Assembly (NCBI GenBank): GCA_026003235.1
Contig: BPGW01000005.1
Coordinates: 87,210-151,209 of the forward strand
DNA: 64,000 bases
Direction of reading: 5' to 3'
Source: Bacteroidia bacterium
GTDB lineage: Bacteria > Bacteroidota > Bacteroidia > SpSt-205
Positions within the stretch are counted from its first letter, which is position 1; each line of letters opens with the position of its first letter. The notes beneath the pieces are model-generated. The model ran no database searches and was not told the DNA's origin. It worked only from the letters and a program-made list of their open reading frames with translations. Positions 57,130 to 64,000 of this stretch are shown here, in pieces. Made by a program: the position numbers and the translations under genes.

Positions 57130-58016
57130 AGATGAAGCCTAATCTGAGCGAAAGCCTCTTCAGGGGTGTGGGGGTTGTAGCCAAGCGCGCGCGCTTTCTC
57201 AATGGAGAGGGGGCTGTAAGGCGGACGGGGAGCAGGTTGTACGAACTCTTCTCGGGTAAGGGGCTGGATTTTTTCTACTGGGAGGCCCCAGGCGGCTGCG
57301 GCTTTCTGACCCAAGGAGCAGGGGGTTTCAAGGGTAGGGCCGGCCAGGTGATATATCCCCTGGGCCTGCTCGGTGGCTAAAAGGAGGAGCCCTGTCGCCA
57401 GGTCAGCGGCCCAGGTAGGGGTGCGCACCTGGTCGGTGAAGAGGGCTATCGTTCGGCCGGCCTTGAGCTGGTTGAGGACCCGCAGCAGGATGTTGTCACG
57501 CGGGGCGGTGGGAGCCCACCCATAGACCAACGCCGTGCGAGCGATAGCCCAGCAGCCCGGATACGTGCGCACCCACGCTTCAGCGGCGAGCTTGCTGGCG
57601 CCGTATACCGAGATAGGGGCTTCGTAATCGCCTTCTACATAGGGGCGTTGGAGAGCCGGGAAGCCGTCGTACACAAAGTCCGTGGATACCAACACAAACT
57701 GAGCCTTCGGCCGCAGTTCCGCCAGGGTTTCCACAAGGTAGCGAGTAGCGGTTACATTATGGAGCCAGCAGAGTTCAGGATTCTCCTGGCAGGCGTCTAC
57801 CAGCGTCATGGCAGCGCTGTGAATGACCACATCCGGTTCAGCCCACCGCAGAAGCCTTTCTACTTCGGCTCGCTGGGTGAGGTCGGCAGCGAGGTAAGGG
57901 TAGCCCAAGTTGGGATCCTCTCCCCGGCTGGTGAGAAAGAGCGTCATGGAAGGCGACGCTGCAGCGGCTATGTGGTAGCCCACCAAGCCTCGTGCGCCTG
58001 TGATCAAGATGCGCAT
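57126..58016 (-). CDS. RmlD-like SDR (dTDP-4-dehydrorhamnose reductase family)
   Basis: ITGARGLVG, STDFVYDG, YGASK, DQVRTPT. TACCTTTG lies 4 nt before ATG 58016. Confidence 0.88.
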   Translation of the reverse strand: MRILITGARGLVGYHIAAAASPSMTLFLTSRGEDPNLGYPYLAADLTQRAEVERLLRWAEPDVVIHSAAMTLVDACQENPELCWLHNVTATRYLVETLAELRPKAQFVLVSTDFVYDGFPALQRPYVEGDYEAPISVYGASKLAAEAWVRTYPGCWAIARTALVYGWAPTAPRDNILLRVLNQLKAGRTIALFTDQVRTPTWAADLATGLLLLATEQAQGIYHLAGPTLETPCSLGQKAAAAWGLPVEKIQPLTREEFVQPAPRPPYSPLSIEKARALGYNPHTPEEAFAQIRLHL

Positions 58017-58051
58017 GCACCAAAGGTAGGCAAACTCCTTGGGAGGCGTCC

Positions 58052-58327
58052 TTAGCCGATCTGGAACGTACTCTCGTGCAGGAGGGGCAGGTCTTTTTCC
58101 AGCTCTACCTGGGCAACTTGGGCTGCTGGGGAGCCCCGATAGGCCCACCTCAGGAAAAGCTCAAGCTTATCTGGGGGGCCCTCCACCTCAATCAGGACGG
58201 TGCCGTCGGGCTGATTGCGGGCAAAGCCCCCCAGCCCCAAACTTTGAGCCGTCATCTGGGCGTATTTGCGGAAAAAGACCCCCTGTACCTTGCCGTGGAT
58301 GCGGAGGCGCCAGCGGGCTTTCTCCAT
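58052..58327 (-). CDS. acyP: Acylphosphatase
   Basis: GKVQGVFFR, GFARNQPDG. Confidence 0.92.
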   Translation of the reverse strand: MEKARWRLRIHGKVQGVFFRKYAQMTAQSLGLGGFARNQPDGTVLIEVEGPPDKLELFLRWAYRGSPAAQVAQVELEKDLPLLHESTFQIG

Positions 58328-58330
58328 CTT

Positions 58331-59510
58331 CTAATTGAGCCGTTCAAAGATGCCGGCAATGCCTTGCCCACCGCCTACGCAGGCGGTAACCAGCCCATAT
58401 TTTTGGCCGCGCCGACGCAGCTCATTCAGAATCTGCACGGTGAGTTTGGCGCCCGTGCAGCCCAGCGGGTGGCCCAAGGCGATAGCCCCTCCGTTCACAT
58501 TGAGCTTGTCCATAGGGAGTTCAGCCAGCTTGATTACGGCCAGAGGATTGCGCTGCGAAGGCCTCGTTCAGCTCAATCAGATCGATGTCAGCCAGGGAAA
58601 GGTTAGCTCGCTTGAGGGCTTTGGGTATGGCTTCTACGGGGCCGATGCCCATGAGGTGGGGTTCTACGCCGGCCACCGCATAGCCCCGCAGTACAGCTAT
58701 GGGGGTGAGGTTATGGCGCTTGAGGAAACTTTCGCTCACCACCAGCACGAAAGCGGCTCCGTCCGAGGTTTGCGAGGAGTTACCTGCGGTGACTTGGCCG
58801 TTGGCGGCAAAAACCGGCTTGAGTTTGGCCAGCGCTTCCAGGTTGGTATCGGCGCGGGGGCCTTCGTCCGTGTCGTGCACGTACTCTCGAGTCACTTTCT
58901 TGCCGTCTTGCACTTCTACCAGCTGAACTTTGAAGGGTACGATGTCGTCTTTGAATTTGCCGGCGGCGATGGCTGCGAGGGCGTTTTGGTGGGAGCGCAG
59001 AGCGAAGGCGTCGGCCTCCTCTCGGGTAATGCCGTATTTTTTAGCGACCTCTTCGGCGGTCATGCCCATGTTGTAATACCACTCGGGGGCATGGAGGGCG
59101 TACTCGTAGTTGGGGACGATTTTGAAGCCGCCCATGGGCACCAGGGACATGGTTTCGGTGCCCCCGGCCAGGATGGCGTCGGCGTGGCCAGTGCGGATTT
59201 TGGCCACAGCCATGGCGATGGCTTCCAACCCAGAAGCGCAGTAGCGGTTGATGGTGGTGGCGGGCACTTCTTTGCCCAAGGCGCGCAGGGCAATGTATCG
59301 GGCCATGTTAAGGCCCTGTTCGGCTTCGGGGATGGCGTTGCCGCATATAAGATCGTCTATTTCTTTGGAGAAGTCAATCTGAGGTAGGTCGGCTTTGATC
59401 CTTTCTATGGTGGCGACGGCCAGGTCATCTGGGCGAACGGTGCGCAGACGCCCTCGGGGGGCCTTTCCTACGGCGGTGCGGTACCCCGCAACCAGGTAAG
59501 CTTCTTGCAT
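58331..59510 (-). pseudogene. Acetyl-CoA C-acyltransferase (thiolase) split by a 1-nt insertion at ~58545
   Basis: INRYCASG and [10 protein letters not shown] lie in one frame, and [15 protein letters not shown] and CVGGG in another. Removing one base from CAATCCTCTGGCC restores [21 protein letters not shown]. Confidence 0.88.
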
Positions 59511-59525
59511 GCAGCAAATATACGA

Positions 59526-60203
59526 CTAAGGGCGAGCCAGGCTGGTGCCTTCGGGGAAGGGGGTTTCGTTGAGGTAAAAGCGTTCGCCCTCAGGAAGCAC
59601 TTCTAAGCGCAATACACCAATCAAGGTGTATTTGACCAGGATTTTACGGGCTTTCCAGGCTTCGCGGGGTCCGAGGAGGGCGCGGAAGGCCGCCTCGTCT
59701 ATGGAGGGGTTTTGCTGGAGGTAGGCCATGAGGCGGGCTTCCGCCTGGCGGTAGAAGACATGCTGAGGGTGCTTTTCGGCCCGCCAGAGGGCTTCCAGGA
59801 AACTGCCGGCAAGGCGGCTCTTATCGCTGACCCGCACATACGCACGCCGCGAGCCGTCTTCTTCCTTGACAAAAAAAGGGCGTTTGTCTGGCTGGGCCGG
59901 TATAGTCACTTCTAAGATGTGCTTGTCTTCCCACAGGTGGACCTGGCTGGTGAAGAGGGGGGTAGGTTCCATATACCGCCGAGCGGCCAGGTCTACCATG
60001 TAGTACTCCTGTTCGGGGTCCACGCCGCAGATGCGTCCGTTGTCTTTTACGCCAATGAGGAGGCTACCTCCTTCTGTGTTGGCAAAAGCTGACAAGGTGC
60101 GGGCGATTTTGCGGGCGCTTTCTATGCGCTGCTTGAAGTCCAACTGAAGCCCTTCTCCGGCGGCGATGCGAGCCAAAAGAGGGGCTGCGTCCCACCCCGC
60201 CAT
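59526..60203 (-). CDS. AlbA_2/Schlafen-like putative DNA-binding domain protein
   Basis: [27 protein letters not shown]. Confidence 0.82.
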   Translation of the reverse strand: MAGWDAAPLLARIAAGEGLQLDFKQRIESARKIARTLSAFANTEGGSLLIGVKDNGRICGVDPEQEYYMVDLAARRYMEPTPLFTSQVHLWEDKHILEVTIPAQPDKRPFFVKEEDGSRRAYVRVSDKSRLAGSFLEALWRAEKHPQHVFYRQAEARLMAYLQQNPSIDEAAFRALLGPREAWKARKILVKYTLIGVLRLEVLPEGERFYLNETPFPEGTSLARP

Positions 60204-60253
60204 ACCTCCCCCAAGGTACGGCTTTTTGGGCAAATAGCTGGTATGTTTGCACC

Positions 60254-60979
60254 ATGTCTCGTTTAGCTGGCAAAGTCCTGCTTGTGACAGGAGGCACCCG
60301 GGGCATTGGCCGGGCTATCGTAGAAAAGCTTTTGCAAGAAGGAGCCCAGGTAGCCTTTACATACCGGGGTTCTCGGGAACTGGCGGAAAGTCTCGTAGCT
60401 ACAGCCCCTGATCGTCTCCTTTCCTTTCAGGCCGATGTAGCCGATGCAGCTCGGACAGAGGCCATTGTGGCTGAGCTGATAAAAACCTGGGGGCGCATAG
60501 ACGGCCTGGTCAACAACGCGGGTATCACGCAGGATAACCTCCTCCTACGCATGACAGAAGCCCAATGGGATGCCGTCCTTACCACGAATCTCAAGGGGGC
60601 TTTTTTGTACACCAAAGCGGTGCTCAAGTCCATGATTTCCCAGCGGCGGGGCAGCATCGTCAACATCAGTTCTATTGTGGGTCTTGAGGGCAACCCCGGC
60701 CAAGCGAATTATGCGGCTTCTAAGGCTGGGCTTATCGGGTTTAGCCAGTCGGTGGCTAAGGAAGTGGGTTCTCGCAATATCCGCGTCAATGTGGTGGCGC
60801 CAGGTTTTATTCGCACCGACATGACGGCGGAGCTGCCTGCGGAGGAATGGAAGAAACGCATTGCGCTGGGGCGGCTTGGGGAGCCCAGCGAAGTAGCCAG
60901 CCTCTGCGCTTTCCTGCTGTCGGACGAGGCGTCTTACATTACGGGGCAGGTTTTTGTGGTAGATGGGGGCCTTTTGTAG
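60254..60979 (+). CDS. fabG: 3-oxoacyl-ACP reductase
   Basis: [46 protein letters not shown] lies 4 nt before the ATG. Confidence 0.93.
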   Translation: MSRLAGKVLLVTGGTRGIGRAIVEKLLQEGAQVAFTYRGSRELAESLVATAPDRLLSFQADVADAARTEAIVAELIKTWGRIDGLVNNAGITQDNLLLRMTEAQWDAVLTTNLKGAFLYTKAVLKSMISQRRGSIVNISSIVGLEGNPGQANYAASKAGLIGFSQSVAKEVGSRNIRVNVVAPGFIRTDMTAELPAEEWKKRIALGRLGEPSEVASLCAFLLSDEASYITGQVFVVDGGLL

Positions 60980-61979
60980 GGGGGCGAGCTATCCAGACTT
61001 CTTCGGTAGGGGAGAGTCGCCGGCGCTTCCACTTGAGGGGGGGCCAGGCAGGGGCCCAGACGATGGCTTCTGGCGGCGGTAGGGGGGCTTCATACGACAC
61101 CAGCACCTGCACCTCGTCGTACCAGCCCGCAGCCAAGAACTGTTGGAGAAGACGGCTTCCTCCTTCCACCAGGAGTGAGCTGACCCGGTGGTCGCGATAC
61201 AGGCTCTGGAGAAAGTCCTTGTTGATCGTTTCAAGGGGCAGCCCAAGGAAGGGTTCGGGGAGGGTAGGCTTGCCCCGCCGAGGATCGTAAAAGACCAGGG
61301 GGCGCGGAGAAGGGCCTGGCCATAAACGGGCGGTAAGGCGGGGCTGGTCCAAGAGCCAGGTTCGGTACCCTACGGCGATGTGGCTATGGCGGGTCCGCAG
61401 GCGGTGGCCCCACACTCGGCCCCAAAAACCGGAGATGGGCCATAAGCCTTGGGTGCGGTGGCCAAGGATTCCTCCCGAGGGGTGGCCAGGGGTTTGGGCC
61501 CACTTGAGGGTGATGTAAGGCCGCTCATGGCGCACATGGACCCAGAAGTGGCGCAGAAGGCTTCGGAAGGGGCGGGGATCCGGGGCCAGGAGCACTTCCA
61601 CACCGGCTGCACGGAGGGCCTGTATGCCTGCACCGTGCACAGCGGGGTTAGGGTCGCGCGTGCCTATCACCACCCGCCGGATACCGGCGTTGATCAGGGC
61701 AGGCACACAAGGAGGGGTCTTTTTACCTGTGTGGCAGCAGGGCTCCAAGGTTACATACAGCGTAGCTTGGGGAAGGAGTTCTGGTTTCTGCACCGACTCA
61801 AGGGCTACGATTTCCGCGTGCGGCCCGCCAAAGTAAGCGTGATACCCCTCTCCTAAGACCTCTTCTCCTACGGCGATCACAGCTCCTACGGGGGGGTTCG
61901 GCTCTACGGCAGGGGGTGCCGCCCGCTTAGCCAGCTCCAACGCCCGTTCAAGATACAGCGCATCCCACGGCGTCAGCAC
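60939..61979 (-). CDS. ribD: Riboflavin biosynthesis deaminase/reductase RibD
   Basis: PNPPVG, HAE, TLEPCCH..KTPPC, LVEGG. Confidence 0.93.
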   Translation of the reverse strand: MLTPWDALYLERALELAKRAAPPAVEPNPPVGAVIAVGEEVLGEGYHAYFGGPHAEIVALESVQKPELLPQATLYVTLEPCCHTGKKTPPCVPALINAGIRRVVIGTRDPNPAVHGAGIQALRAAGVEVLLAPDPRPFRSLLRHFWVHVRHERPYITLKWAQTPGHPSGGILGHRTQGLWPISGFWGRVWGHRLRTRHSHIAVGYRTWLLDQPRLTARLWPGPSPRPLVFYDPRRGKPTLPEPFLGLPLETINKDFLQSLYRDHRVSSLLVEGGSRLLQQFLAAGWYDEVQVLVSYEAPLPPPEAIVWAPAWPPLKWKRRRLSPTEEVWIARPPTKGPHLPQKPAP

Positions 61980-61985
61980 CGCTCT

Positions 61986-64000
61986 TTATCGTATGCTTAG
62001 CCGTCCTTCGTAGATGTCTTTGCCTTGGCGGTACAGGTAGCAAAAAGCCCGGTTTTTCGCATCCCATACGGGCGGGCTAAGCAGTTCTTTGCAGAGGGTT
62101 TCAGGGATAGGCTTGTCGTTCAGGACGGCGTACCAGCCATCCCGGCGTCGGGCAAAAAATAGAAGGGCCTTGCCATCGGGCGAAAAAGTGAGATGCTGGA
62201 CAAAATCGTACTGGTCGCTTTCGGTGTCGTTCCAGACGACGCCGGCCCAGGCGCCTTTTTTGCGGGCCACGTACGCCAGGTGTTCGCCTGAGGGGTTCCA
62301 TGTGAGGTGCTCTACGGCAGAGTACAACTTGCCTAACTTACCGTCCCGCAGGACCGCTTGTCCTTCTGAGCCTTTGCGCACGATCGCGGCGTAACTGTCC
62401 CCCTGACCGCTAAAGCGGAGGATCGCTTCAAAAGGGCCTGCTTCGGGTGCCCCATTCACAAAAATATGGTGGCGTCCTTGGAGGACGGTGGGATAAATGA
62501 CAGCGGGTTTGTTTCGGGTGATGAAGGGCCGCTCTGCGCGCTCGTAGGGGCCGAGCCGTTTTTTCTGCACGCCGACGAATTGTTGGTCCTTCTCTCGCAC
62601 GAGGTAGGCTACGAATCGGCTATCAGGCGAAAGCGTAACGCCGCCGATGCCTTCGCCGAAAGTGAGTATCTCATGGTCCCACGTAATGCCGATTTGCTGC
62701 CCCTTCTGCACCAGATACACCAGGTGGGCGCTATCTGCCGTAAACTGCACATCAGAAATTAGATCAAAGGGGTCACCCCACTTGTCACCCTCTTTGAGAT
62801 GGAGCTTGCGATTTTTGAGGGTTACATAAACCATTCTTTGGCCGTCCGGAGAAAATGCCAGCTGATCCAAGTAAGGAGCAGGCTCACCATAGGTGTTTTT
62901 CAAGTAGTCGGAGATGACCCAGCGGTTTTTTTCTACTTGTACGATGTAGAAGAGGTCGTTCTCGGTGTTAGGACGGAAGGTAAGGTTCGTGACCTGGGAG
63001 AAAGGCCCCATGCCGACATTATTCAAGAAGACGAACAGGTCTTCTCCTTTACGGCCTATGTAGGCCAAGTGCCGATGATTAGGAGAGAGGATGAGGCTGG
63101 CGACTTCTTCAAGAGGGCGGCCTTCTTCGCCATTGAGGTACACGCGGTAAGCCCCTTGTAAGCGGTGTTTGATGGCGATAACCTCACCGGTAGGACTTAC
63201 GACCCAATTCAGCACTTCCTCAAAACGGTGTTCGGGCCGCCCTTTGCTCACGAGAAGAAACTCTCTTTCGCCATATTCCAGGAAGGCATACCAGCTAACT
63301 TTGCCTTCGTGGGCAAATATTTCGGCTTTTCGTACAATATCCTTTTCTGAGCGCAGGGAAAAAAGCTTGAGCGAATGGAAATCCACAGCTACGGGGGGGA
63401 AGTGCCCACCCGTAGGGAAGGTAGGGGCTTTGAGCGGAAGGGAGACCCCGCTGGAAGGTGTAGAGCTGGAGGGAGGCGCCGAAGAAGCTGGGGAGGGGGG
63501 AGGGGATGGAACCGAAGGAGGGGGCGGAGCGGGGGGCGGGGCGGAGACGAGGGGCGGTTCAGTGGGGGGCGGGGGAGGCGGAGGGGGCGGGGGTACGAAC
63601 GAGCGTTCCTGAAGCGCCTTTTTCTGAGCGGTTATCTCAATTTGTACGAGGCTTCGGACGACCTTGTCGGTGCCGCCCATTTCCTGGGCCTTCTTGATGA
63701 GGAAAACGAGACGGTCGTCCGAGATACGGCCTCCTTCTACGAGGGCTCGGATGAGGGGTTGGAGGCTCTGGGGAAAGCGGGCTTTCCCAGCTACAATTTG
63801 TGTCTCTAATTCCACCAGGGCCTCAATGTGAGAGGGGGTCAGGTGGACCTCCTGCCCTCGCTGGAGGAGTAAGCGTTTGGCACCTTCGTCCAGGCGATGG
63901 GTTCGGAGAAGGGCCTGGATGAGCGGTACCAGGTACTCTGCGCCGAAGCTACCTGGGGCGGCCTTGCGCAAGCTTCGTTCTGCTTCCACCAGGGCTGAAA
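61986..64000 (-). CDS. Helical-repeat / Pro-linker / beta-propeller protein; 5' end outside the window
   Basis: The frame is open to the window edge (..SALVEAE). About 38-aa repeats: LSPNHRHLAY, FSPDGQRMVY, LSPDSRFVAY, WNPSGEHLAY, FSPDGKALLF. Confidence 0.75.
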   Translation of the reverse strand, partial: SALVEAERSLRKAAPGSFGAEYLVPLIQALLRTHRLDEGAKRLLLQRGQEVHLTPSHIEALVELETQIVAGKARFPQSLQPLIRALVEGGRISDDRLVFLIKKAQEMGGTDKVVRSLVQIEITAQKKALQERSFVPPPPPPPPPPTEPPLVSAPPPAPPPPSVPSPPPSPASSAPPSSSTPSSGVSLPLKAPTFPTGGHFPPVAVDFHSLKLFSLRSEKDIVRKAEIFAHEGKVSWYAFLEYGEREFLLVSKGRPEHRFEEVLNWVVSPTGEVIAIKHRLQGAYRVYLNGEEGRPLEEVASLILSPNHRHLAYIGRKGEDLFVFLNNVGMGPFSQVTNLTFRPNTENDLFYIVQVEKNRWVISDYLKNTYGEPAPYLDQLAFSPDGQRMVYVTLKNRKLHLKEGDKWGDPFDLISDVQFTADSAHLVYLVQKGQQIGITWDHEILTFGEGIGGVTLSPDSRFVAYLVREKDQQFVGVQKKRLGPYERAERPFITRNKPAVIYPTVLQGRHHIFVNGAPEAGPFEAILRFSGQGDSYAAIVRKGSEGQAVLRDGKLGKLYSAVEHLTWNPSGEHLAYVARKKGAWAGVVWNDTESDQYDFVQHLTFSPDGKALLFFARRRDGWYAVLNDKPIPETLCKELLSPPVWDAKNRAFCYLYRQGKDIYEGRLSIR

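Noticed and set aside
58335-59387. 350-aa plus-strand ORF
   Set aside because: Antisense shadow of the thiolase.
59526-60203. Schlafen/AlbA_2 protein as an anti-phage system
   Set aside because: Host-like GC, housekeeping context and no fused effector domain. Stand-alone AlbA_2 proteins are common in Bacteroidota.
63465-63595. Very G-rich tract (G-quadruplex-like or repeat-like)
   Set aside because: Fully explained by the polyproline codons on the minus strand.
1-64000. tRNA, rRNA, CRISPR arrays, IS elements
   Set aside because: Intergenic gaps are almost all under ~120 nt, and I saw no cloverleaf, spaced repeat or transposase motif by eye.

Overview
A gene-dense, high-GC bacterial chromosome segment, most likely from a Bacteroidota. 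This rests on TAnnTTTG -7 promoter elements, Gln directly after signal peptides, and PD40-OmpA and DUF5683 proteins. It holds about 50 CDSs, mostly housekeeping (rimP-nusA-infB, mutS, relA/spoT, gltA, pdxJ, bioD, ribD, fabG, kup, sufU/sufT, meaB, sqr). I found no tRNA, rRNA, CRISPR array, integrase or transposase. The best candidate for an undescribed system is a ~5 kb AT-rich insert (~19.08-24.03 kb). It encodes a tandem GT2-GT2 protein and a 1094-aa fusion of a kinase-like domain, two GT-A domains and a radical SAM domain, preceded by a possible 31-aa coupled ORF. Other notable items: TAnnTTTG sits 3-7 nt before 14 start codons (suggesting widespread leaderless mRNAs), three tandem fibre-like paralogues, a CHASE2 sensor with no output domain next to a FecR/DUF928-like gene, a tandem V4R protein, and frameshifts in phoH and a thiolase that are probably sequencing errors. 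All family calls come from motifs read by eye, not from database searches.
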